Assembly: GCA_001770205.1 (NCBI GenBank)
Contig: MEQL01000035.1
Location: 62,001-126,000 of the forward strand
Origin: Bdellovibrionales bacterium RIFOXYD12_FULL_39_22
GTDB taxonomy: Bacteria > Bdellovibrionota > Bacteriovoracia > Bacteriovoracales > Bacteriovoracaceae
DNA length: 64,000 nucleotides
Direction: 5' to 3'
Shown: piece after piece, positions 10,733 through 19,800 of the stretch
Layout: each line of letters begins with the position of its first letter
Position numbering within the stretch: the stretch's first letter is position 1
Translations under genes and position numbers: made by a program
The notes under the pieces: generated by a model
The model's database searches: none
What the model was told of the DNA's origin: nothing
Seen by the model: the letters and a program-made list of their open reading frames with translations, nothing else

Positions 10733-11172
10733 TGCAAGAATCAATACCGTCTCAAAAGATAAAAATTTTTGCGTTTGTTTGCAATTGGTGTACTTATGCT
10801 GGTGCGGATTTGGCCGGGACGGCACGAATGCATTATGCTGCTGATGTTAGAATAATTCGTCACACATGTACTGGAAGAATTGATCCACTTTTTTTAATCA
10901 AGGCCTTTGAAAATGGTGCAGATGCGGTGATTGTTTCTGGATGTCATCCCAACGATTGTCATTATAACGAAGGAAACTATTTGGCACGTAGACGTTGGGC
11001 GGTAGTTAGAAAGCTTTTTGCGTTTATGGGGATTGATGATAAGCGTATTCATTTTTCGTGGGTTTCTGCAGCAGAGGGCGCCAAATGGGCACAACTAGTA
11101 AATGACGTTGCCGCCAAAGTCGCTCAACTTGGGCCGATGAAATATTTGGATAGTTGCGAGGTTGATTTATGA
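10732..11172 (+). CDS. flxD: MvhD/FlxD [2Fe-2S] subunit
   Basis: Motifs FVCNWCTYAGAD, CTGRIDP, GCHPNDCHY and WVSAAEG. TGATG overlap with hdrA. Confidence 0.92.
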   Translation: MQESIPSQKIKIFAFVCNWCTYAGADLAGTARMHYAADVRIIRHTCTGRIDPLFLIKAFENGADAVIVSGCHPNDCHYNEGNYLARRRWAVVRKLFAFMGIDDKRIHFSWVSAAEGAKWAQLVNDVAAKVAQLGPMKYLDSCEVDL

Positions 11173-11915
11173 AAACGATAGAACAGCAAAAAGCAGAAAT
11201 TGTGCATTTGTTTGAACAAAAAAAGATTTCAATGGTTGTTGCTTTTGAAAATTATCGAGGAATTGTTAGGCCAGTTTTTGTCAAAGATATCAAAGATGTT
11301 GAAAAAATTTCCTTTGATATGTCCGGCAAGCAAAATCTCGCGACATATCTTAAACGAGCGGAGATTAAAAAACAATTTCCGCTAGCGATGGTAGTTCGAC
11401 CAACAGAAAAATCATCAATAGCACTTCTGATAAAAGAGAATCAGCTTAAGGTAGAGGATGTTTTGTTAATTGAATCAATGGTTTCTCAAGATCAGATCGA
11501 ATGGAAAAAAGCGCAAGATATTGAGATAGATAGATTATGGAAAATGTCATTTTCGGAACGAATGGATTTTTGGAAAAAGAATTTTCAAAATTGTATAAGA
11601 TGTTATGCTTGCCGACAAAGTTGTCCGCATTGTTACTGTCAATATTGCAAGGCCGACAAAAATCAACCGACTTGGGTTGAAAGGAGTGCACATCTTCAAG
11701 GTAATTTTAGTTGGAATTTTTTGCGAGCATTTCATCAAGCTGGGCGCTGTATAGAATGTGGTGCTTGTGAAAATGCGTGTCCGGCCAATATCCCGTTGAT
11801 GTTATTAAATAGAATGCAGAATAAAATAACTGCGGAATCCTTTGGTGAGTCGGATCCGAAAAAGTATCTTCTATCAGATTGGAGCAAAGATGACGATAAC
11901 AGCTTCTTTTTATAA
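11169..11915 (+). CDS. flxC: FlxC-like 4Fe-4S dicluster protein
   Basis: Motifs CIRCYACRQSCPHCYC and HQAGRCIECGACENACP. Position within the hdr-flx operon. Confidence 0.8.
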   Translation: MKTIEQQKAEIVHLFEQKKISMVVAFENYRGIVRPVFVKDIKDVEKISFDMSGKQNLATYLKRAEIKKQFPLAMVVRPTEKSSIALLIKENQLKVEDVLLIESMVSQDQIEWKKAQDIEIDRLWKMSFSERMDFWKKNFQNCIRCYACRQSCPHCYCQYCKADKNQPTWVERSAHLQGNFSWNFLRAFHQAGRCIECGACENACPANIPLMLLNRMQNKITAESFGESDPKKYLLSDWSKDDDNSFFL

Positions 11916-12915
11916 AATTACTAAAAGCTCACTTGCTACTTTATTTGCAGAACAAAAACAAAAAGGTAACACCATCATTGATTTATCGGGCAATGGATCA
12001 GATTTATCTAAATCATGCAAAGCTCTGTTTTTTCCGGCCACGGAAAAAGTTTTGGAATATAAAATTGTGGATAAAGGGGTTGCTGAAGTAAAGCCTGATA
12101 ACTTCAATGATGAGACTAAAGCGGTCAATCGGTTTATTTTTGGAGCAAATATTTGTGATGCTTATGCTCTTAAAGTGGTTGGCCCGGTTTTTGGGGAAGG
12201 GCCGGTAGATAGGTTTTTTATCAATAAAAGAGAGGCGACAATAGTTGCGGCAATTTTATGTGACAATAAAAAAAATGCTTGTTTCTGTGATCAAATTATA
12301 CCCCGAAGTGATTATTCTAATGCTGCAGATTTGGTTTTTACTGAATTTGATGAAAATTCATGGGCGGTTAGAAGTAACAATAATAGGAGTATAGATTTTT
12401 TTGGGAATGGTTTTTTGCATTTCATAGAAGATAATACTTTGAAAGAATTATTTGATAAAAAAGAAGAAAAGCTTTTTAATAGCGAAAATCCTGAGGAGAT
12501 TAATTATTTCCCCAAATTAGAAGCGTTGAAAAAATTTATTGAGAAAAATTTTAATTCCGAGATTTTTAATGATGCCAGTATGAATTGTATCGGATGTGCG
12601 ACTTGTACCTATAGTTGTCCGACTTGTCATTGTTTTGATATTGTTGATGAAAAGAAATATTATAATGGTGAGCGACGAAAAAATTGGGATTCTTGCGCTT
12701 TTTCTCTTTTTACTCTTCATGCCTCGGGACACAACCCAAGAGAGTATCAAGGACAAAGGTGGCGACAAAGACTGCTACATAAATTTTCAATTTACAAAGA
12801 TAGGTTTGATAAAATTGCCTGCGTTGGCTGTGGTCGATGTATAAGGTTATGTCCGGCCGGCGTTAATATGTTGGAGATGTTTGAAAAATGGAAAATATCT
12901 ATAGACCATATGTAA
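11890..12915 (+). CDS. flxB: FlxB/AsrA-like 4Fe-4S protein
   Basis: Motifs CIGCATCTYSCPTCHCF, RRKNWDSC and CVGCGRCIRLCP. Likely start is the ATG at 11890 after GGAG. Confidence 0.82.
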   Translation: MTITASFYKITKSSLATLFAEQKQKGNTIIDLSGNGSDLSKSCKALFFPATEKVLEYKIVDKGVAEVKPDNFNDETKAVNRFIFGANICDAYALKVVGPVFGEGPVDRFFINKREATIVAAILCDNKKNACFCDQIIPRSDYSNAADLVFTEFDENSWAVRSNNNRSIDFFGNGFLHFIEDNTLKELFDKKEEKLFNSENPEEINYFPKLEALKKFIEKNFNSEIFNDASMNCIGCATCTYSCPTCHCFDIVDEKKYYNGERRKNWDSCAFSLFTLHASGHNPREYQGQRWRQRLLHKFSIYKDRFDKIACVGCGRCIRLCPAGVNMLEMFEKWKISIDHM

Positions 12916-13751
12916 TGGAAGTAATTAAGCGAAAAGAAGAAGCGCCTATGGTGGTTACTCTTCGCTTAAAATTTAAAGAAAAAAAAGACGAAGAGCGTTT
13001 TTCATTCCAAACTGGCCAGTTTGCGGAATATGGACTTTTGGGAGAGGGAGAGTGCACTTTTTGTCTGGCGAGTTCTCCAACGCAATTTGCTCGAGATAAG
13101 TATATTGAGTGTACATTTCGCATAGTTGGAAAAGTTACTTCCGCGTTGGGCCGATTAGATGTTGGCGAGACCATTGGAGTAAGAGCACCTTATGGGGCCC
13201 ATTTCCCTATCGAGAGTTGGAAAGGAAAAAAAATTATATTTGCCACCGGTGGAATTGCACTTCCGCCTATTAGAAGTGTGATATGGAATCTTTTAGACCG
13301 TAAAAATGAATTTGGACAGATTAGTATTATTTATGGGGCCAAGACAGTTGCGGATTTAGTCTATAAGGATGAAATTAAGCAATGGGAGGATATGAGCGGA
13401 GTAACAATGATTTCAACGGTTGATCCGGGAGGAGAAACTCCTGGGTGGCAAGGTAAAATTGGTTATTTTCCAACTATTATGAAAGAGCATCTTGCTAAAA
13501 TAGTCGCTGATGGTGGCAATATAGACGATATTATTTTTGTGATTTGTGGCCCTCCAGTTGTTATTAAAATTACATTAGATATACTCGATTCATTTAAAGT
13601 AAACAACGATGCTATTTTTACAACACTGGAAAATAGAATGAAGTGTGGATTTGGGAAATGTGGTAGATGTAATGTCGGAGAGGTGTATGTTTGTAAAGAT
13701 GGGCCAGTTTTTACAGCGACACAAATTAAGCAAATGTTACCAGATTTTTAG
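12888..13751 (+). CDS. flxA: FlxA/AsrB-like FAD/NAD-binding [2Fe-2S] oxidoreductase
   Basis: Motifs GQFAEY, RAPYG, GGIALPPIRS, ICGPP and MKCGFGKCGRC...VCKDGPVF. Confidence 0.87.
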   Translation: MENIYRPYVMEVIKRKEEAPMVVTLRLKFKEKKDEERFSFQTGQFAEYGLLGEGECTFCLASSPTQFARDKYIECTFRIVGKVTSALGRLDVGETIGVRAPYGAHFPIESWKGKKIIFATGGIALPPIRSVIWNLLDRKNEFGQISIIYGAKTVADLVYKDEIKQWEDMSGVTMISTVDPGGETPGWQGKIGYFPTIMKEHLAKIVADGGNIDDIIFVICGPPVVIKITLDILDSFKVNNDAIFTTLENRMKCGFGKCGRCNVGEVYVCKDGPVFTATQIKQMLPDF

Positions 13752-13826
13752 TGGGCCTGAGTGTTTTTTTTTCTGTACAAATGCCAGATTGTTAGTACTA
13801 TAACAGCAAAATTATAAGGGGGCCTT

Positions 13827-14399
13827 ATGCAAGTGACTTCGTCCGAAGCTTTAGTTCCAAATGTTATCAATAACTCTCATCATAAAACAATTTTTGAAAT
13901 AATATCGGTTTTATTAGGAATTTGCCTAATAGGAATATTAGCGCAAATTTCAATTCCCCTTCCCTGGACGCCAGTGCCAATAACAGGACAGACGTTTGGT
14001 GTTGCATTAGTGGCATTGTCGTGGGGTAGAAGAAGGGCCCTTAGTGTTTTGGTTGGATATATGACGTTGGGCATGGCCGGATTACCGCTCTTTGCGCTTG
14101 GTAAAAGTGGCCAATTGGTCGGGCCATCGCTGGGATATTTAGTTGGAATGGTTTTTTCTAGTTATATTGTCGGTTTTATGTCGGACAAGGGGTTTACGAA
14201 GTCACTGGCCAAGACTTTGATTGCAGCATTTTGTGGGAGCATAATAATATTTTCATGCGGATTAATTGGATTATCTTTTTTTGTTCCATCACAAACATTA
14301 TTGGCCGCGGGCCTTTTTCCATTTATTCCTGGTGACATTGCAAAAAATTTATTGGCCTCAATTATTTCGTGGAAGCTTAGAAAAAGGGCCACTTTTTAA
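13827..14399 (+). CDS. bioY: Biotin transporter BioY
   Basis: Motifs PVPITGQTFGV, GLPLFA, GPSLGYL and PFIPGDIAK. Multiple transmembrane segments. Confidence 0.93.
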   Translation: MQVTSSEALVPNVINNSHHKTIFEIISVLLGICLIGILAQISIPLPWTPVPITGQTFGVALVALSWGRRRALSVLVGYMTLGMAGLPLFALGKSGQLVGPSLGYLVGMVFSSYIVGFMSDKGFTKSLAKTLIAAFCGSIIIFSCGLIGLSFFVPSQTLLAAGLFPFIPGDIAKNLLASIISWKLRKRATF

Positions 14400-14438
14400 G
14401 AATTGTATAATTGACGCCCTCAAGTGGCCAAGGTGGAG

Positions 14439-15878
14439 CTAGTACGCTCTTCTGGTGGCACTACGGCCATGGTGTTGTCGTCTTCGGTTTGACTCCGGAT
14501 GGTGCCACTGCTTGGGCCGACTGGCCGTTGTTGCCATCGATTGTCCTAGCTCTCCGATATTATCAATTTGGCGCAAATCAAAATTAAATTTCCAGGAAAA
14601 CATAAGTTTTAAGACATCATCGGCAGATAATCCATCTAGATGCTCTTTAAAGATAGTAAAAGATTCATCAATTTTAAAACTATCTTTTTTTTCCATGATG
14701 GCCTGCTTTAGGGATTCCATCTCTTTTAACTCTTTTTTTATCTTCATTCTTTTAACATCTTGAGCACTGGGAATTTTAAAACGATCTATACGATTTTTGG
14801 TGAAGATTTCAATGCGTCGAACTTGTCTCAACTGGCCTGGCGTTGCTAATGTAATGGCCTCGCCAGCAAGGCCACAGCGGCCAGTTCGTCCAATGCGATG
14901 AACATAGGATTCAAAATTTTTGGGAACTCCAAAATTTATAACATGAGTGACGTTGCTAATATCTAGTCCGCGAGCGGCCACATCGGTACAAACCAGTAGT
15001 TGCACTTTTTTATTTCTAAACTTCATCATAGATTGATCACGATCGGCCTGACTTAAGTCACCATGCAGGGCGGCCACCGAAATTCCTCGGGCCAGTAGAC
15101 GATCCGCTAAATCTTTAGTTTCTTGCTTGGTTTGGCAGAAAACTATGCCGTAAAAGTCATCCTTAGTTTCGACGATGCGGCAGATGGCCTCGTTGAAATG
15201 TTTGTGTTCTAAAACACAGACTGATTGGTTAATATTTTCACTACTCATGGCCTTCTTTTGTACGCGAACTATCTGTGGATCGGTAAAATTATCGTTGATA
15301 ATTTTTAAAATTTGTCGAGGCATGGTGGCCGAGAACATCCAAATTTTGCGCTCACCTTTAATGGCCTTTAAAATCGTCTCAACATCTTCTAAAAATCCCA
15401 TGTTGAGCATCTCATCGGCCTCATCGATAATCGTTATTTTTACCAGCGCAAGGTTCAAAATACCTTTATCTATAAGATCTAAAACTCTTCCGGGAGTTCC
15501 CACTACAATATGTGGGAAATCTTTTTTTAGCGCGTTGATCTGTTTTTGATAGGAGACACCGCCATAAACAGTAGTTGAGCGCATTGGTAGATATTTGCCA
15601 AATTTTATCAACTCCTCGGAAATTTGATGGGCCAGCTCTCTCGTTGGGGCCAGAATAAGAGATTGGACATTTTTTTTAGTGAAATCTATTCGCTCTAGTA
15701 GAGGAATGACGAAGGCACCAGTTTTTCCGGTGCCTGTTTGTGCTTGTCCTACAAAATCGCCAGTGTGATTTTGTAAAACGGGGATGGCCTCTTGTTGAAT
15801 ATCGGTAGGTGTATCAAAGTTTAAATCTTTGATAGCGTCAAGAATCGGTTGGCATGTTGTTAATTCTGAAAAGTTCAT
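14439..15878 (-). CDS. DEAD-box RNA helicase
   Basis: Q motif PTDIQ, plus AQTGTGKT, PTRELA, TPGR, DEAD, SAT, ARGLD and HRIGRTGR. Likely start is the ATG at 15878 after AAGGAG. Confidence 0.95.
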   Translation of the reverse strand: MNFSELTTCQPILDAIKDLNFDTPTDIQQEAIPVLQNHTGDFVGQAQTGTGKTGAFVIPLLERIDFTKKNVQSLILAPTRELAHQISEELIKFGKYLPMRSTTVYGGVSYQKQINALKKDFPHIVVGTPGRVLDLIDKGILNLALVKITIIDEADEMLNMGFLEDVETILKAIKGERKIWMFSATMPRQILKIINDNFTDPQIVRVQKKAMSSENINQSVCVLEHKHFNEAICRIVETKDDFYGIVFCQTKQETKDLADRLLARGISVAALHGDLSQADRDQSMMKFRNKKVQLLVCTDVAARGLDISNVTHVINFGVPKNFESYVHRIGRTGRCGLAGEAITLATPGQLRQVRRIEIFTKNRIDRFKIPSAQDVKRMKIKKELKEMESLKQAIMEKKDSFKIDESFTIFKEHLDGLSADDVLKLMFSWKFNFDLRQIDNIGELGQSMATTASRPKQWHHPESNRRRQHHGRSATRRAY

Positions 15879-16048
15879 CGGCATCTCCTTCAAGTTGGCC
15901 TCGCAATTGATGCCACATGATGCGTTAAATTCGCTGATAGTAAAAAATATCTCTATTCCATGTATGCCATTAAAAGTAAAACTATATTCTTAAAGCTATA
16001 AACATTATATGGTAAAAGTGGCCCGTTTCCCCTATATTCTATTGAGAG

Positions 16049-16876
16049 ATGGGGACTATGACTTTTTTTATCGCCTTTATTTATGGATTAGTTCAGGGTG
16101 TTGCAGAGTTTTTACCAATAAGCAGCAGTGCCCATTTGGCCTTGCTACCTTCAGTTTTTAAATTTCCTGATCCTGGAATTATCTTTGATTTGAGCATGCA
16201 TGTTGGGTCGGCCATCGCTATTTTACTCTATTTTAGAAATGATGTTTGGCGTCTACTTAATGCTTTAGCACAAATCATTCTGCAGAGGAAAACAAAAGTT
16301 CCCCATGGTGCCTTTGCAATAAATATGGTTATTGCCACCATTGCCACCGTTTTTGTGGTACTGTTGCTTAAAAATATTGCTGAAACCTATGCCAGAAACA
16401 ACAACTGGATAGCCTATAATCTCATCATTTTTGCTGTTATTATGTTTTTGGCCGACTATTTTTGGCCAAACAAACAGACAAATTTTATGCAAAGTAATAT
16501 CTCTCCATTTCGGGCGGTAATGATTGGTGTTTTTCAGGCCTTGGCCATTTTTCCAGGAGTAAGTCGCGCGGGAGCAACTCTTACTATCTCTAGAGTGATG
16601 GGACTAGGAAGACAAGAGGCCTCTCATTTTTCTTTTTTGCTTTCGTTGCCCATTATTTTTGCTGGTTTTTTGGCGGAATCGCAAGAGTATTTACGAAGTA
16701 GCGTTACTGTAGATTTTGATTTGGCAAGTAGTGTAATTGGCGGTTCATTTGCTCTAGTTTTTGGCCTAATGACCATCCATTTTTTTTTAAAATTTATAAA
16801 TCGTATTGGCCTGGGATGGTTTGCGCTTTACCGAATTATTCTTGCCGGACTGGTTTTGCATTATCTTGTTGTCTGA
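16049..16876 (+). CDS. uppP: Undecaprenyl-diphosphatase (BacA/UppP)
   Basis: Motifs QGVAEFLPISSSAH, FPGVSRAGAT and FSFLLSLP. Confidence 0.94.
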   Translation: MGTMTFFIAFIYGLVQGVAEFLPISSSAHLALLPSVFKFPDPGIIFDLSMHVGSAIAILLYFRNDVWRLLNALAQIILQRKTKVPHGAFAINMVIATIATVFVVLLLKNIAETYARNNNWIAYNLIIFAVIMFLADYFWPNKQTNFMQSNISPFRAVMIGVFQALAIFPGVSRAGATLTISRVMGLGRQEASHFSFLLSLPIIFAGFLAESQEYLRSSVTVDFDLASSVIGGSFALVFGLMTIHFFLKFINRIGLGWFALYRIILAGLVLHYLVV

Positions 16877-16884
16877 TTGTGAAA

Positions 16885-19800
16885 TTAATAGTTGCTACAA
16901 TCGTAAATCTTTACGTTATTGTCGCTGTCGGATTCAAGATCTGCGGGGATGCAGTAGAGGTCATTACTCCATCTCAACCCAATGTCATATAAATCAGCGA
17001 GGCCGTTGTAGTTGTTGCTGGCATCATCATGGCCATCCAAGTAGCGTTTTTTCTTGTTGCTTACTGCTCCTTCCGCAAGGCCAGGTATTTTAAGATTAGA
17101 AAGGGTGATCCCTTGTGCCAATTTACCGGAGGCGCAAACATTATTGTAGCAGGCAAGTTGAATTAATGCAGTACTCGGGGCATTGATAGCGCTTTTAAAA
17201 AAACCAGTTTCTGGATCAAAGAGTGCATCGCTTAATCCGTTGGCCGCAGAAGATACGTAGCGATTAAAATAGAGAGAGACGTTGGTGTAATCCTCTAATG
17301 CGCAGCGATTATCAGATGTTTTAAAACCGGTGCAACAGCGATCGGCACTATCGCTGGCCTTCACTGTTTCACCCGCAGGAACGCAGCAACTAATTTTATC
17401 GGGTGAGAAAATCATTTTTATATTTGAACTGAAGTTATTTGTATCTGCAGCGGAGTAGTATCGTATGGTGTCTGCTCGATATTCGGCCGTGGTATTCCGG
17501 GCAGTTTCTGGAATATAAGTAGTTCCCGCAGTTTCTTGATTGTTGGGATCAACCTTACACATAAGATCATCATCGGCGGCCAGTGTTTTTCTTACGGGGA
17601 TCTGAGGAATGCCGGCCAACTCAAGGCGATTTAACCAATCAAACATCACCTCTGCGCTGGTATTGTCGGTAACATTAATCAGGCAATCACCGTCATCCCC
17701 GCTGCTCGCATGGGCGCATGAAAACTGGGTTGGACATTGATTGGCAGGATCAACACATTCTAACCAATTCAGACAGCGGAAAGCTTCTAAATCTATTTTT
17801 TGTGCTTTGGAGTGATGCCACTTGTGTCCACCGCCGTTGCTATCATGGAAATTTCTAACCCAGTGGCCAGTGCAACACATCTTGCTGGCCATTGCGGAGA
17901 AGGCGGCATATTGATTTTGAATAGTGCTAGTAGGCATGCAACCAGAACTTGCGCTACATTGGTCTGGATAAGCGGCCTCTAGCGTGGGGAGAGTTCCACT
18001 TTGCACTTCGTTGTAAATGACGCTATTACCAGAATAACGCTTGGCCGAGGAGAGTCCTGTATCAACTCCAGGAACACTCTCTTTTGCAAAAAGATCACTG
18101 TCGGCAAAGTAGGTAGGAATGGTTAAAATCTTGGATGTCTCACGGCAGCAGCGGTTTTCTTTTAAAGAGAAGGTGTGTTCCAGACTATCGCTTTGTCCAC
18201 AAATCAGCGCCTCTTTCCAAAAGTTAATTTCATACTTGTTTAAAATACCAACATAGGAAGAATCGTCGGCCACCATACTGGCCAATTGGGTAGAGATAAA
18301 GGAGGAGGGCCCACATTCCATATCACTAAAACAGGGACTACCAGGAGCGCGCAGGCAACGATTTTCTTGATGTTGAGGCCTCGTGACTTGTTCAGAAATA
18401 AAATCACTGAGGAGGGCCGCTTGGCCGTTAAGTATAGACTCGAAAATGCTTAGTGAATTAGAGGGGAGTGATTGGGAGGCGGCCAGATTGATAAGTTCGC
18501 TAGCGGCCAGAGAGCTGTTTAAATTATCTCGTTGCAGGTGATAGAAGTTTCCATACTCGTTAAGGGTTGGGCACGAACTTAAATATTCGCTGTGGGCATT
18601 GATTCCACTTAAAGACATTCCAACTCCAGACACTTGATCACCACCGTAAAGTGAGTTTGGTTGATAGGAATTTTGTTGAAGCAAGGTTAGTCCCCAACTG
18701 GCCGGAGAACGGCCTGGTATACAAAGAGAGTCAAAATTATTATTGGCAAATTGCGAGATGACATCTGTCTCGACTTCTTCGGCCCCGTTGTACGCATAGG
18801 GTCGGCCAATAATTTTTACCCCAAGGCCAAAGGTATTTTCCGTTGTTTGATTGGCGGCATTTTTAGCGGCAACGGATTTTCCCCAGCGAGAAATTTTATT
18901 ATTAAATAGTTTTTTTAAGGTAACATCGTTGAAGGCCTGGCAGTAGTTATTAGAAGAACAACCATGCATGCCGACTAGATCGGTGTTGTCAAAAGTTTGT
19001 GAAGAGTCTGTCACGCTATAATCGGCATGACAGGGCGTTCCGCGTCCACGATAAACACAGCGTTTATTTGTTCCCGCACCATTTCCTACCAAGGAAAGAA
19101 GACGAATAAATTGTTCTTGGCCTGGAACTTCCTGGCCATTGTTATCAAAGATTGGCCATTTGCTGGAGACCGCAGAGACATTTTGACAAGTATAATCCCA
19201 GCCTAATTGTGTTACACAATCACTATCATTTTCGCAAAGATGATATTTTTGGCAACTGGCCCCGTCACTATCGAAATCAGTGGTGATGGTAGATTCGGTT
19301 AGTGGATTAATGGCCCCATCAACTATGCGTACTTTAAAATCACTAGTGGCCGTAAGATCTCCAAAGTATCCATTAATGGCCAGAAATAATTTGTTAGAAG
19401 TCGCCTTAATACGGCGTTGATTTCCAATAGAAAACCAACGAACGCCATCAAAAGATCCAATAAGTGAACCATAGTCAAAACCAAACCAATCGCGCTGATA
19501 TCCGTTGGCAAAAAGAAAGTGTTGGGCCTGTAAACGATGCAGCCGCTGTGATTGTGCGTTGGTGTCGGCAATGGCCTGATGGGCCCAGGGAATCATTGTG
19601 GCCGGAATAAAACATGCTCGGCCATAGAGGAGATCATCTGCTCGATAGATGGAGGCCTTAGATTTATTAGAGGTAGTTCCATCGGGCTCATATCCACCTC
19701 CACGATAGGTAAAATTTCCTGGAAAAATTTTTGCTAAATTGGAATAGTAATCAGTTCCGCAGTAGTAGCAAGTGGAGAATGTTCCAGAGTCTACGTAGAT

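Noticed and set aside
7393..11172. Methanogenesis or hydrogenase interpretation of hdr/mvhD
   Set aside because: There are no mvhAG or mcr genes. The downstream genes match the bacterial Flx arrangement, and the context (Kdo genes) is Gram-negative bacterial.
11842..11915. Possible frameshift suggested by the long flxC/flxB overlap in the ORF track
   Set aside because: An ATG with an RBS at 11890 reduces this to an ordinary short overlap.
7393..13751. Selenocysteine (TGA readthrough) in HdrA, MvhD or Xdh
   Set aside because: The positions that are Sec in some homologues are ordinary Cys here (TLDCSQC, CNWC, GCHPNDCHY). The TGA codons are true stops at gene junctions.
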